Origin: Silvanigrellaceae bacterium
GTDB lineage: Bacteria; Bdellovibrionota_B; Oligoflexia; Silvanigrellales; Silvanigrellaceae
Assembly (NCBI GenBank): GCA_049423385.1
Contig: JBMSQQ010000005.1
Location: 1 to 64,000 of the forward strand
Direction of reading: 5' to 3'
DNA length: 64,000 nucleotides
The notes below the pieces were generated by a model. It did no database searches, had not been told where the DNA came from, and was given only the letters and a program-made list of their open reading frames with translations. The position numbers were made by a program, and so were the translations under genes. Below are positions 9,202 through 19,571 of this stretch, piece by piece (positions within the stretch are counted from its first letter, which is position 1; each line of letters begins with the position of its first letter).

Positions 9202-11053
9202 CGAGCATTTTGGTGAGCTTCTTGGCAAACACTCCCGGATTGCGGACTGGTGAGCCTTCCGCAAGCAGGGCGGTGTCATAAAGCACATCCACCCATTCCT
9301 CGATTGCAACGTCATTCGAATTCGCCTGAGCCTTTTTGGCGAGCGAAAGAATGATTGGATGCGAAGGGTTAACCTCAAGAATTCGTTTTGAGCCAGCGAA
9401 ATCCTTGTTGGTCGCCTTCATCAACCGTTCCATTTGGGCACTCAAGCCGTTTTCGTCTGCAACAAGACAACACGGGCTGTCGACGAGTCGACTCGAGATT
9501 TTCACATCCTTGAGGCTTTCAGCACATTTTCTGCGGAACACTTCCAGCAGCGGTGCAATTTGTTCTGGGCTGGCTTGTTCTTCGCTGATCTTCTTTTCGG
9601 GTTCCGTGCCCACTCCCGACAAATCGAGTTGCCCCTTCGAGATGGATTTCAATCCGGCTTCGCCGAATTTCGGATAGTCCATGACAAACCACTCGTCGAT
9701 AGGGTCGGTGAGGAAGAGCACTTCGATTCCGCGCGACGTCAGCGATTCGAGGTGGGGGCTCGCAGAAACGGCGTCATAAGCAGGACCAGTCAGATAATAG
9801 ATTTCCCTCTGACCTTCCGCTTTCCGTTCCCAATATTCCTTGAGTGACACCCAGCCTTCGCGACCGGTTTTGCTCGAACGGAAGCGAACAAGTTCAGCAA
9901 GAGCGTCGTGGTTGTCGTGGTCGAAGTGGAAACCTTCCTTCAGCACGGCACCGAATTGTGCATAGAAGCCAAGATATTTTTCCGAGTCTGATTTTGCGAG
10001 ATTCTGCAATGAGCCAAGAAGCTTCTTCACAACCTGCTTGCGGATTGTTGGCAGCTTGGTGTTTTGCTGCAGAATTTCACGCGATACATTCAGTGGAAGT
10101 TCGTCGGTTTCAACAACACCGCTGACGAACCTCAAATATTCGGGAATCAATTCCTTGCATTTGTCGGTGATGCTCACGCGCTTCACATAAAGATGAAGGC
10201 CGTGAGTGTCGCGTTGGTAGAGATCAAACGGAATGCCCGAAGGAATAAATGCAACAGCCTGGAACGACGTCAGGCCTTCCGCGTTGATGTGTTCCCAAAG
10301 AAGTGGTTCCTGCCAGTCGTTGCTCAACTGCTTATAAAGTTCCTTGTAGTCTTCAGTCGAGTTGTCTTTTTTGGCGCGTGCCCAGACCGGAGTCGACTTG
10401 TTCAGACGCTCTTCCTTGTTTTCCTTGTCTGTCCAAAGGATGGGGTAAGTGACGTAATCGGAATACTTTCGAACTATACCCTTCAATCGCCACTCTTCGA
10501 GGAATTCTTTTTCTTCTTCCTTGAGGATGAGTTCAATTCGCGTTCCCCGGTCTTCCTTGGTCCCTTGGGAGAGTGAATAAGTTCCGTTTCCTTCGCTTTC
10601 CCAAATCCAGGCGGACTCTCCGGATGCAGCCCTGGTTTCCACGATGATTTTTTCTGCAACCATGAATGCCGCGTAAAAACCAACACCGAATTGGCCAATC
10701 AACTGAGCGTCTTTTTTGTCGGATTCGCTCAACTTTTCGAGGAACTTCTTTGTCCCGGAATTGGCAATGGTTCCAAGATTTGCGATCAATTCGTCACGTG
10801 TCATGCCAATGCCCGTGTCTTCAATGATCAGCCTGCGCGTGTCGGGCTGCGTACTCAGGCGAATTCCGCTCTCGTGTTTTGCGGCCAGCAGATTTGGCTT
10901 GGTGATTTCCTCGAAACGCACCTTGTCGATGGCGTCGGATGAGTTTGAAATCAGTTCACGGAGAAAGATTTCCTTGTTTGAATACAAGGAGTGGATCATC
11001 AGGTTCAGAAGTTGCTGGGTTTCAGCCTGAAAGGAGTGAATTTCCTGCGTCAT
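9185..11053 (-). CDS. htpG: Molecular chaperone HtpG (Hsp90)
   Basis: FQAETQQLLNLMIHSLYSNKEIFLRELISN, DTGIGM, IGQFGVGFY, LPLNVSRE motifs. Confidence 0.98.
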   Translation of the reverse strand: MTQEIHSFQAETQQLLNLMIHSLYSNKEIFLRELISNSSDAIDKVRFEEITKPNLLAAKHESGIRLSTQPDTRRLIIEDTGIGMTRDELIANLGTIANSGTKKFLEKLSESDKKDAQLIGQFGVGFYAAFMVAEKIIVETRAASGESAWIWESEGNGTYSLSQGTKEDRGTRIELILKEEEKEFLEEWRLKGIVRKYSDYVTYPILWTDKENKEERLNKSTPVWARAKKDNSTEDYKELYKQLSNDWQEPLLWEHINAEGLTSFQAVAFIPSGIPFDLYQRDTHGLHLYVKRVSITDKCKELIPEYLRFVSGVVETDELPLNVSREILQQNTKLPTIRKQVVKKLLGSLQNLAKSDSEKYLGFYAQFGAVLKEGFHFDHDNHDALAELVRFRSSKTGREGWVSLKEYWERKAEGQREIYYLTGPAYDAVSASPHLESLTSRGIEVLFLTDPIDEWFVMDYPKFGEAGLKSISKGQLDLSGVGTEPEKKISEEQASPEQIAPLLEVFRRKCAESLKDVKISSRLVDSPCCLVADENGLSAQMERLMKATNKDFAGSKRILEVNPSHPIILSLAKKAQANSNDVAIEEWVDVLYDTALLAEGSPVRNPGVFAKKLTKMLEMQNA

Positions 11054-11143
11054 TTTAAGCCTCCGGACGTTGAATTCGCCGCTAAGTTAAGTCGGCGTGT
11101 GCAATCGTCAAGAGGTCTTGCTGGCAAATTTCGCTGACTTTCT

Positions 11144-12076
11144 TCAAATTTCCGATATCACCCAGAAAAATTGGGCAGTTGATTCGGCCTTGAGGTCGGC
11201 CGCCTTGAGGGTCAACACGGGGCCATCGGAGGGCAGGTTGGTTGGCTCAATCCCCACGGTGGAATGAGGTCTGCCATCTCCCCAACCATTGTGGCACCAC
11301 CAGACTCCAACCCAGGGAAGGCTGGAATCCTGCAACACGTCGATGCGCAAACCAAGACGTTTGCGGATCAACGACGTGGAGAAAATCTTTGTGGTATCAG
11401 TCTGCACATAAAATTTTGATGCGATGGGTTTGTCGTCTTCGGCAAAAATCATCGTTGAAAGAACTTCCCTGGCACCAGGATTCGTCAGCGCATTTTCCAG
11501 GTCTGTTGGGCCTGTCAGGATCGACCATTCGATGCGATCTCCTGGCTCGGCGGCAAAAAGTGCGTGTGAAGCATAAACCGCCTTGAGGGAGGCATCGTGT
11601 CGCGTCGAGTTGTCGGCAAATGCCAGAGGGGTGTTGGCCGGAAAAGTGACCTGTGTGCTGAAGGCGCCCAAAAGTTTGGCTTGTTCCGAAATCTTTCGTC
11701 CATTGATGAGGCGCTTGAACTGGGTCTTTCCTGATTGCCAGCCAACGAGACAGCCGTTTTCTTTTGCATAAAAAACCTGTGGGGTTTGTCCCCAGATGTC
11801 TCCATGATCACGCAGCTGCCAGAGCTCCGAACCACCAATGGTCGGGAAGCATTCATCCCCGCCCCAGGCATCCGTGCTCTGGAACGAGCGACGTGCATTG
11901 CTGATCAAAGCAGCAGGCAAATCCCGTTGCAACGGGGCAACAAGGAGATTCTCTCCCTTGACCTGCAAGCTTGTGATCTTGCCGATGCTGCGCGCCACCG
12001 TGAGCTTGGAAAGGCCCGATTCCAGAAGCAGTTCTTCAGTGTTTGAAAGCAGCATGTTGTTTCCTTTGAGAGTCAT
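11144..12076 (-). CDS. Galactose mutarotase-like (aldose 1-epimerase superfamily) protein
   Basis: GGDECFPTI, DHGDIW, HALF, WVGVW and GIEPT motifs; start overlaps the upstream stop (TGATG). Confidence 0.7.
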   Translation of the reverse strand: MTLKGNNMLLSNTEELLLESGLSKLTVARSIGKITSLQVKGENLLVAPLQRDLPAALISNARRSFQSTDAWGGDECFPTIGGSELWQLRDHGDIWGQTPQVFYAKENGCLVGWQSGKTQFKRLINGRKISEQAKLLGAFSTQVTFPANTPLAFADNSTRHDASLKAVYASHALFAAEPGDRIEWSILTGPTDLENALTNPGAREVLSTMIFAEDDKPIASKFYVQTDTTKIFSTSLIRKRLGLRIDVLQDSSLPWVGVWWCHNGWGDGRPHSTVGIEPTNLPSDGPVLTLKAADLKAESTAQFFWVISEI

Positions 12077-15000
12077 CAGGCCTGAGGCGCTTCGCCGGTG
12101 GGTTTCAGATCATTCATGATCTGCGCGAATATTCCTGAAATTTCGAAATTCGCGGCGAGGTCTTTTTTGGCTTTCATGATTCCTTGCTGGATTTTCACGC
12201 CATCACGGCAGCTGGGGCAACCACTCACAACGACATCGGCCGGCGCGCTGCGGATTTGTTCGAACAGGTTCTCTGCAATTTGAGTTCCAATTCTTGGATG
12301 TTTCAAGCGTGATGTACCCGAAAGTCCACAGCATTTGTCGTAGGCTTCGACTCCGGAATAATAAAGTTTGAGCAGTTCAATTTGAGCCGCCGTGGCCTGT
12401 TTGGTGTTGTGGCAGGGCACCTTGAGTCCAACGGTCATCGCGGACTTCGTCTCGGGCACGAGTTTCTGGATGTTCAACTTTTGCATTTGGGCCGTCTTCT
12501 TCAAAAGGTCCATGGCAATTTCAGCAGTATCCTGTGTGTCGTAGTCGAGATGCTTGAGATCGAATGAGCTTGGCAATCCAGCTTTGAGCTTGAGGATTTC
12601 AAGCTTTTCGGGCTGCTTGAGCAGGAGCTTGAAATCCCGAATGGCTTCGCAACATGTCGGGCAGTTCGAGAACATCACAAATTTTGGATCACCATGAAGA
12701 CCCTGGCTTCTCCACTCTCCCACCAGCCGATGGATGCATTTTGCAATCTCGACCATCGAATTGAAGTGAGCTTGTTTAGCCCGTTCATGAAGTCCTTCAG
12801 CCTCGAAGGGAAAGCCACAGCACATCTTCTTCTCAAGATCGACAATCCGCGCACCGAGAACATTCTTGAAATAGTCATCAACGGCGCGAGTGGCTTCCGG
12901 AACTCCGAAGGTGTCCATGCAACCGCGATAGCGAATGTAGATTGTATGAGAAGAACTCATATCGTGACCCGCAACTGCAGACCCCGGGTCTGCCTTCACC
13001 ACCACGAAGTTGTCGCCCGCTTTAAGTTTATGACCATGTTCAGATGGCTCATAGTGTTCGAGCGAGAGTGTTGGCGGAACGGTGTAGGTTTTGATCCAAT
13101 CTGGAAGTCGTCGCATTCCCCGCAAGATGTTCAATGCGGGCATGCCAACCTGGATGCACAAAGCGAACAGTTTATAGGTATACGCCTTGAAAAAATCCTC
13201 TCCCATGAGGCGATCGTAGAGAAAGCCCCACAAGCGCGAACCCATCGAGGGCAGTTTGCCCATCGTGTGATACGCACGCATGAGTGGATGTACGTCGATT
13301 TCCACCGGACACGCTTTGTCACATTTTCGGCAATAGAAACACTTTTTAAGCAAACTTGCGCTTTCCGCCAGCATCTTGTTCGTTGCTTGAACAACTCGCT
13401 CCAGCTGCGGTGAGTTTTTCGTTGACCTTGCAGATGCCCTGAGCACTGCAACCCGTTCCATGAACATCAGCACATTGCGTTTGCTGGGCAAAATGGGCGA
13501 CTTGCTTGCTCTTTGTCCTTTTCTTTCGAGCTGGTGTTCCGCGTCGATGACGGGACACACTTTGCAACTGTTGCAGCGCGTACACTTCTGCCCTTCGCCG
13601 ATGGCGAGGCGTTCTGCTGCAAGTGAGGCCTCGTCGGCCAAGGGAGAACCGGATTTGAGTGCATCCTGGATTTGCCGGGAACTTATGTTCAGCAGTCGGG
13701 CCCTGAGCGAACGGGAAAGGCTGGTGCGAAGGAAAAGAGTTTCCGGATTGAAAAGATCATCCGGGTCGAGAATGTCCTTGATGCGGCACATGCGGTCGAA
13801 ATCTTCTTTGGGAATATGGTTGATCCACAAAAAAGCCGCCTTGCCTGCGACTCCGTGTTCGCCGGTGAACCTTGCGCTGCCGTGTTTGTCGTTGGAGGGC
13901 GCGAGGTTTTGTGCTTCCGCGATGACGCGTTCAAGGTAATCCCATGCGAGGGAAGCCTGTTCTTCGTCGTAGAGATCGAAGCCACCAATGTTCCAGTGGA
14001 TGATCGCCGTGTGACGAGGCGTGAGATGGCCAAACATTACATCCTGTTTTTGCTCGGCCCGCCGGGCCGGCTGCGTCTGATCGACAATCCGCAGGACCTC
14101 GGGAAGATATTCGCTTCGAATCTCCATGTCGGTCTTGCACTTGGTTCGGAGCTTTTTGGGCAACTCCTCTCGGGGTTTTTTCATTCGTTCGAATTCTTGA
14201 ACACCATGCAATCCGTCCAGGACTTCGGTCTTCTCGAGGTGACGAATGTGGTCCGTGGGGGTCAGGCCGGAATCGGCCAATGCAATGTATGCTGTCGCTT
14301 CGCAGCGCTGCATTCTTGCTCGACAGCTCGTGGGATCGTTTTCTTCCACGGACATGATGATGACGGCTTCATCTGCAGAGCTGAAAACGTTCGGAAAATC
14401 CTGGATCAGGAATTTGCGGATGCTCTGACCGGTGATGATTTCAAAGTATTCAGGATGGTCCTTTTGCGGGAGTGCCTTGATCGCACGTGTCACCCGGGTG
14501 GCTGCTTCCATGGTGTTGAAGTGCCATCGGCTGCCCATCAGGTAATTTTTCGGTTTTTCGATTTCAAAGGTGACTTCGTAGATGAAACCGGTAGTGCCTT
14601 CTGCACCCACGAAGGCGGAAATCGGCAGCTTGGGTGCATCTGCCATGCTGTCAGTCGTGGGAAAGTCATCGACCTTTTGCGCGCGGGTAGCTTTTTGCGC
14701 CAGCATGTTTGCAGCCGCTTTCATGCCACGCAACGGCACGTCGATGTTGTCTGGAGAGCTTTCGCAAACCGCCTTGAGTTCGCGTTTTGAAATTGCCTTG
14801 AAATCTTTTTCAAACTGAACTGCATCGTGGATGCTGAAAAATTTTCTTGCAAGAAGAAATGGCTCGGTTTCGATATCGCGAACTTCACGTTCGTCGGGTG
14901 CAAAACAGGCCGCAGCTCCGCGTGCCGTGACGGCCCTTCCGTGAATAATGACTTCAAATGCCTTGCGTCCACCGTTGCTGCCTGTGGCGGCAATACCGCC

Positions 15001-15726
15001 TGTCGCTGCACGCGGGGTATTGGGATCGCAGCGGAGAACGAATCCACGTTTGCCGAGGTAAGCAACGAGATCCTTGAATGGCACTCCGGCGCCCACAGTG
15101 ACTTCAAAATTTCCATTGCAGCGTCTGCTTGGTCTGACATCAGAGATGTGGTCGATGCCGCGCAGGCTGACGGTGACGGCGGGTGCCATGGGAGTCACTC
15201 CCATGTTGTAACCACCACCTTCACCGTAGGGAATCATGGGGACTTTGTGGGTGTAAAAAAGCTTGACGAGCTTTTGCAAAGCCGAGGGAGAATAGACATG
15301 AATGACAGCTTCAGTGACCAAAGCCCGATGTTCCATGCTGTCGGCGGAGAATGCCTCCCTGTCGAGCCAGAGTGCGGAAAAGTTTCCGACTCCAACGATT
15401 TCCTCGATTCGCGGAGCGAGCTCGGCGAGCTTCTTGCGCAGCATAAATGTTTTGGAAATGCGGGTGACAATGAATTTGATGATGTCTGGCGCAACGTTTC
15501 GCTGCAATTGCGGCAATACGTGGGTGTAAAAATCAGTTTCCGTGAGGAGGTTCGGTATGAATGTATGCGACCCGGATGTGTCGCCACCTGTTTTTGCAAA
15601 CAATTTGTTAGAAACATCTGCGGGAAGGGGAGGCATCAAGCCCGCAACATCCAGCCATTGATCCAATCCGTCCATTGTTTTCCTCGGTTTTGCCGTCGTT
15701 CCATGAGGGGGATACGATGCACTCAA
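12076..15726 (-). CDS. FAD-binding and Fe-S oxidoreductase (GlcD-like FAD domain + FAD-oxidase C-terminus + 2x4Fe-4S + CCG domains; 2-hydroxyacid dehydrogenase-like)
   Basis: PYGEGGGY, TGGIAATGSNG, GAEGTTGFI, GEHGV, LDPDDLFNP; CTRCNSCKVCP and CFYCRKCDKACP; CCG and CPTC/CPSC motifs. Confidence 0.85.
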   Translation of the reverse strand: MSASYPPHGTTAKPRKTMDGLDQWLDVAGLMPPLPADVSNKLFAKTGGDTSGSHTFIPNLLTETDFYTHVLPQLQRNVAPDIIKFIVTRISKTFMLRKKLAELAPRIEEIVGVGNFSALWLDREAFSADSMEHRALVTEAVIHVYSPSALQKLVKLFYTHKVPMIPYGEGGGYNMGVTPMAPAVTVSLRGIDHISDVRPSRRCNGNFEVTVGAGVPFKDLVAYLGKRGFVLRCDPNTPRAATGGIAATGSNGGRKAFEVIIHGRAVTARGAAACFAPDEREVRDIETEPFLLARKFFSIHDAVQFEKDFKAISKRELKAVCESSPDNIDVPLRGMKAAANMLAQKATRAQKVDDFPTTDSMADAPKLPISAFVGAEGTTGFIYEVTFEIEKPKNYLMGSRWHFNTMEAATRVTRAIKALPQKDHPEYFEIITGQSIRKFLIQDFPNVFSSADEAVIIMSVEENDPTSCRARMQRCEATAYIALADSGLTPTDHIRHLEKTEVLDGLHGVQEFERMKKPREELPKKLRTKCKTDMEIRSEYLPEVLRIVDQTQPARRAEQKQDVMFGHLTPRHTAIIHWNIGGFDLYDEEQASLAWDYLERVIAEAQNLAPSNDKHGSARFTGEHGVAGKAAFLWINHIPKEDFDRMCRIKDILDPDDLFNPETLFLRTSLSRSLRARLLNISSRQIQDALKSGSPLADEASLAAERLAIGEGQKCTRCNSCKVCPVIDAEHQLERKGQRASKSPILPSKRNVLMFMERVAVLRASARSTKNSPQLERVVQATNKMLAESASLLKKCFYCRKCDKACPVEIDVHPLMRAYHTMGKLPSMGSRLWGFLYDRLMGEDFFKAYTYKLFALCIQVGMPALNILRGMRRLPDWIKTYTVPPTLSLEHYEPSEHGHKLKAGDNFVVVKADPGSAVAGHDMSSSHTIYIRYRGCMDTFGVPEATRAVDDYFKNVLGARIVDLEKKMCCGFPFEAEGLHERAKQAHFNSMVEIAKCIHRLVGEWRSQGLHGDPKFVMFSNCPTCCEAIRDFKLLLKQPEKLEILKLKAGLPSSFDLKHLDYDTQDTAEIAMDLLKKTAQMQKLNIQKLVPETKSAMTVGLKVPCHNTKQATAAQIELLKLYYSGVEAYDKCCGLSGTSRLKHPRIGTQIAENLFEQIRSAPADVVVSGCPSCRDGVKIQQGIMKAKKDLAANFEISGIFAQIMNDLKPTGEAPQA

Positions 15727-17006
15727 TAGTCCTGTGTCTGCAAGCGCGACTCTGAAAAGTTCAAGAGACTGCCAAGAATGCGCTTGCGAACCGTTTGGAG
15801 CTGACTTGATTTGTATTGCTCATGGGAAGCGGGGCCAAATTGCGCAACCTGGAAGCTGTTTTTGTCAAAAATCTGAATTTCCAGGGGAAAAAATCTCGCA
15901 TTTTCTTCAGGAATAAGGCCCATCAACAGGGGGTCGTCCTCTGGCTCAAGTCCTCGAGCGTGGCGGAGCTGTCCCGCCAGCGAACTGAGGACCAGAAAAG
16001 CGGGATTTGGGGTTCGCACCAGGTGTCGGACGGTCAATTGGATCGATTTGTAGCGGGTGCTCGAATGGACGTTTTGTTTTGAACCCGGGAGCGAGTGATC
16101 GTGTGGAAATGACCAATTGACCCGATCGCACATTTCCAGGAATTCCTCCGGGGACGCTGTGCCGGTTTGAAGGAGGTCATAGGCCAAATCGAGTTGCCTC
16201 TGGGCACCTCGCAAATTGAGCAAGGAATTTCTGGTTCGGAGATTCAAGACCTGGTGCGGGATGATGATGTCGGACTCAATCAGAATTCGCAGCAACCGCG
16301 CGATGTCCTGGGGTTGGTTTACAACGAACCGGACGCCCAGATAGTCAAAGACTTCCTCTGCCATGGCTTCGGGTTTATGGATCAGTTTCAACAGAACACT
16401 GTGACGCGTTTTGGCTTCTTTCCATTCGACGTTTTCAATGTTCAGTTCGAGATTGTTCGAATTGGCGCGCCAGCCTCCCATGGGGTTGTGCGACACCACG
16501 GAACGAATCCTGTTGAAAATTTGTTCCCGCGCGGAATCCAGCTCACGCAATTTTCCGTTGAATTCGAGATGCGAAATGGCGTTCATCACTTTCAGAATGG
16601 AACATGCCCAAAGGCGCAGGTATCTGCGGCGTGGCATTCGTTGACTGGCGTAGACGAACAGGATTCTGGGATCGTCGAGAGACAGGAGATCCGATGGTAC
16701 TGGAAACTTTTCCCGCTCGTCGGCCGAAAGAAGACAGTGGCGGATGAAGAAGATTGCCTCGCCGAAAAACTGCTCAACCTGTTTGCGATGTTCAAAGCGG
16801 GAGAGGTCGAAACCGCAGTGCCTCAAAAATTCGAGTGCCCTTGCCCGATGGGGGATGTTGAGACTTCGGTGGGTCAGGATATTTTGCTGACCCAGAATTA
16901 CAGCCAGTTCCTGCCACGGCATCGCCCAGATGTTTTCGGCAAGTCGCTTGTTGCCTAATTGGTCAGCATGCAGTTCCCGTTTGGCGGATGCGTCAACCTG
17001 TTCCAA
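15723..17006 (-). CDS. TIGR04552-like protein (RelA/SpoT-type nucleotidyltransferase fold)
   Basis: KEAKTRHSVLLKLIHKPEAMAEEVFDYLGVRFV, YKSIQLTVR, FPLEIQI, GPASHEQYK. Confidence 0.75.
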   Translation of the reverse strand: MEQVDASAKRELHADQLGNKRLAENIWAMPWQELAVILGQQNILTHRSLNIPHRARALEFLRHCGFDLSRFEHRKQVEQFFGEAIFFIRHCLLSADEREKFPVPSDLLSLDDPRILFVYASQRMPRRRYLRLWACSILKVMNAISHLEFNGKLRELDSAREQIFNRIRSVVSHNPMGGWRANSNNLELNIENVEWKEAKTRHSVLLKLIHKPEAMAEEVFDYLGVRFVVNQPQDIARLLRILIESDIIIPHQVLNLRTRNSLLNLRGAQRQLDLAYDLLQTGTASPEEFLEMCDRVNWSFPHDHSLPGSKQNVHSSTRYKSIQLTVRHLVRTPNPAFLVLSSLAGQLRHARGLEPEDDPLLMGLIPEENARFFPLEIQIFDKNSFQVAQFGPASHEQYKSSQLQTVRKRILGSLLNFSESRLQTQDY

Positions 17007-17128
17007 GCTTCCCCCGTGTGTTCGACAGCCAATCAGTGGATAATCATACCGAGTCTGCCCGAGGAGTCATCCACGGCATTGGACTTCCGAAGAATTTTTC
17101 AAACCGACGAGAAACCGAGGGTTGGAAT

Positions 17129-17722
17129 ATGGGCTTTTTTTCATATTTGGGTCGTTGCCTGGTTGTGATTGTGGTCTGCATGGAAATCCAAAATATTGAA
17201 GCTTCTTCACCCGCGCCCGCAGCTTCTCCCGCCAATGCGCCAGCTTCGGGCTCGGTTCCTGTGGGCGAAAAAGCAACCCCCAATCCGGAGCCGTTTCGCA
17301 GACGCATCGGATTGCCATTTTTAAAATTGCTCGCTCCAGGCATGAAGCAGTCAGTCGGTTTTGAACCGCGTGACTGGAGATTCTCGCATGTTTGCATTCT
17401 GGGGTCGTGGAACAAGCAATCTCAGGTTGTCCACGATTATTTTCAAAACAAAATTGATTTCTTCAGCCGCTACAAAATTGCCGCGGTCGGGGCATTTTCC
17501 CATGACACCATCGAAAATCTGACAGCCTGGGCCGAGAAAATGAAACCGCGGTATCTTTTTGGATTAGCTCAAACAGAATTTGTGGATAGCCTAAAAAATC
17601 CGAAGGTGCCGACCTGTTGGTTGTTGACCCGCGAAGGACAGATCATCATGAAACATGAAACACCAACTGAGCAGGTTTTGGGTTCTGTTTACGATAAGTT
17701 GAAACAGTGGACTGATTTTTGA
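17129..17722 (+). CDS. Exported thioredoxin-fold-like hypothetical protein (no CXXC)
   Basis: Hydrophobic N-terminus after ATG 17129; LGSWN and VPTCWLLTREGQI resemble a redoxin fold. Confidence 0.5.
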   Translation: MGFFSYLGRCLVVIVVCMEIQNIEASSPAPAASPANAPASGSVPVGEKATPNPEPFRRRIGLPFLKLLAPGMKQSVGFEPRDWRFSHVCILGSWNKQSQVVHDYFQNKIDFFSRYKIAAVGAFSHDTIENLTAWAEKMKPRYLFGLAQTEFVDSLKNPKVPTCWLLTREGQIIMKHETPTEQVLGSVYDKLKQWTDF

Positions 17723-17739
17723 CGGCCAATTAAGTAACA

Positions 17740-17769
17740 TTGACTCCCGCCTTCCAACCTCCCTAAACT
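17740..17769 (+). promoter_or_regulatory. Candidate sigma70-type promoter for the agl-glt-like operon
   Basis: TTGACT-N18-TAAACT, about 40 bp before ATG 17808. Confidence 0.45.
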
Positions 17770-17807
17770 TTTAAACGAAATTGAATTTGTGCATCGGGGG
17801 ACATCGC

Positions 17808-18467
17808 ATGGACTTTATTCAGCGCGCATTTATGGCTGGTGGCTTTATCATGTACGTGATTCTCTTCTTCTTCATTTGCGTTTGCGCATTGGGGCTGTGG
17901 AGAACCTGGCTGCTTTATTTTGTATTCGACACTCCTAACGCCCGGGGCATGTGGGCGGAAATCTACAAGCAGGTTGCCAACAACCAGATTGAAGGTGCGA
18001 TTCGTCTTTGTGAGCGCCAGCCTGCAAAACAAATCCTGCCAAGGGTTTGGAAAAAAGGTCTGCAAAGTGCGAGCCGCACTGCCGACGAAACACAGAATGC
18101 AATCGAGAGTGCGACGCTGGAACGCTTGCCACTCGTCAACCGTTATCTTTCCTATTTCGGAACTTTGGCAAACATCACGACGCTTCTGGGTTTGTTGGGG
18201 ACGATTGCCGGGTTGATCACCTCGTTTGGTGCGGTTGCAACACTGACCGGTGCTGCAAAGCAAACTCGTCTTGCTGAAGGTATTTCGCATGCGCTTTACG
18301 CGACGGGATTTGGTTTGGGAACAGCTCTTGTCGCCATGGTTCTGCATGGCGTGCTCACGTTCAAGGCCAACCAGACAACAGAGACGACCGACGAGTTTGC
18401 TGCGAAGCTGGTTGAGCTCTTGCAGATGAGAAGAACAAACCTTGCTTCCAAGTCGTCCGGCGAATGA
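17808..18467 (+). CDS. MotA/TolQ/ExbB proton-channel protein (AglR-like)
   Basis: TLLGLLGTIAGLI and GISHALYATGFGL TM motifs. Confidence 0.92.
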   Translation: MDFIQRAFMAGGFIMYVILFFFICVCALGLWRTWLLYFVFDTPNARGMWAEIYKQVANNQIEGAIRLCERQPAKQILPRVWKKGLQSASRTADETQNAIESATLERLPLVNRYLSYFGTLANITTLLGLLGTIAGLITSFGAVATLTGAAKQTRLAEGISHALYATGFGLGTALVAMVLHGVLTFKANQTTETTDEFAAKLVELLQMRRTNLASKSSGE

Positions 18468-18483
18468 TTGAAAGGACGGAAAG

Positions 18484-19044
18484 ATGAGCGGGTTCAGACT
18501 GAAAAAAAGAAAACAGGTTGCGACAGCGTTCGATGTCAACGTGACTCCGATGCTTGACCTGTTCTCCGTGCTCATTATCTTTCTTTTGGCAACCTCCGTT
18601 TTCTCTGCAACCGGAGAGCTTCGAATTGAGGTCCCCTTCCTTTCGAGTCAACCCCCTCCGAAGCAGGAAGAAATAGAAAAAAATCCTGAGAAAACGGTCA
18701 ACATCACAATCGATGTGAACAAGGTCAAATACCAGCAGGCAACAACGGCAAAGTCGACAGTCCAGGATGAAATCGAAGTTCCGCTCACCGAAGAGGGACT
18801 CGATAAAATACAGGCGAAAATCTATGACATTCGCAAAGAGAATCCGAAGTTCGACAAAGTGACCGTGTTTACCCAGCAGGAAGTGAACTACGAAAAATTG
18901 ATCATGGTTCTGGATGCGGTTCGCGAATTGCGTGCAGGTCGCACTCCTATTCCATGGCCGGCAGATTACAAGTTACCTTCGGGAGTTGAGGCGACAAATC
19001 TTGTAACGAAAATCGTTCTTGGCAACGTTATTTTTGCTGATTGA
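18484..19044 (+). CDS. ExbD/TolR family protein (AglQ/S-like)
   Basis: NVTPMLDLFSVLIIFLL with the conserved TM Asp. Confidence 0.9.
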   Translation: MSGFRLKKRKQVATAFDVNVTPMLDLFSVLIIFLLATSVFSATGELRIEVPFLSSQPPPKQEEIEKNPEKTVNITIDVNKVKYQQATTAKSTVQDEIEVPLTEEGLDKIQAKIYDIRKENPKFDKVTVFTQQEVNYEKLIMVLDAVRELRAGRTPIPWPADYKLPSGVEATNLVTKIVLGNVIFAD

Positions 19045-19051
19045 GGTTTGA

Positions 19052-19570
19052 ATGGCTGGTGTAGATAGCGGCGGCAAAGATTCCTTTTCATTGAACCTTT
19101 ACCCGATGCTGGATGTGTTCAGCATCTTGATTGTGTTTTTGCTGATGAACTTTTCCGTCAGCGGAGAGAGCTCTGAAGCAAGCGCCAATCTTGAATTGCC
19201 GGTGTCTGCCGTAAAGCTGAGTCTGGATTCGGCTGCGACAGTTTCGGTCACCAAATCAGAAATTCTGCTTCAGGGTGGGATCAGTATTCCTCTGACTGCA
19301 AACAATCAGGATGTGGTTGAAGCATACAAAAAAGACGGTCAGGGCGCGATTCGAAAAGCTTATGATGAATTCAAGCGGTTGAAGGCTCAAAATGAAACGC
19401 TCAAGAACAGGCAGAAGAACCTCGGACTGAGCAACGCAGATGTGTCGACACTTATCATGGAATCCGACAAGGTGATTCCATACCGAATTATCAAACGCAT
19501 TCTCGCTTCAGCTCAGCAGGCTGAATTCATCGCGTGGAAGTTCGCTGTTCAAAAGAGGGATGTGAACTGA
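19052..19570 (+). CDS. ExbD/TolR family protein (AglQ/S-like)
   Basis: NLYPMLDVFSILIVFLLMNFS; SDKVIPYRIIKRIL. Confidence 0.9.
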   Translation: MAGVDSGGKDSFSLNLYPMLDVFSILIVFLLMNFSVSGESSEASANLELPVSAVKLSLDSAATVSVTKSEILLQGGISIPLTANNQDVVEAYKKDGQGAIRKAYDEFKRLKAQNETLKNRQKNLGLSNADVSTLIMESDKVIPYRIIKRILASAQQAEFIAWKFAVQKRDVN

Positions 19571-19571
19571 A

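Noticed and set aside
12694..15729. Long plus-strand ORFs (239, 372 and 300 aa)
   Set aside because: Antisense shadows of the FAD/Fe-S oxidoreductase with no motifs; the same applies to 37426-38259, 55956-56846 and 49605-50474.
17036..17044. Single DnaA-box-like AGTGGATAA
   Set aside because: Isolated, one mismatch, and no AT-rich context; expected by chance.
17808..19570. Ordinary ExbBD/TolQR uptake or Tol-Pal system
   Set aside because: No tolB, pal or TonB-dependent receptor; the downstream Glt-like genes fit better.
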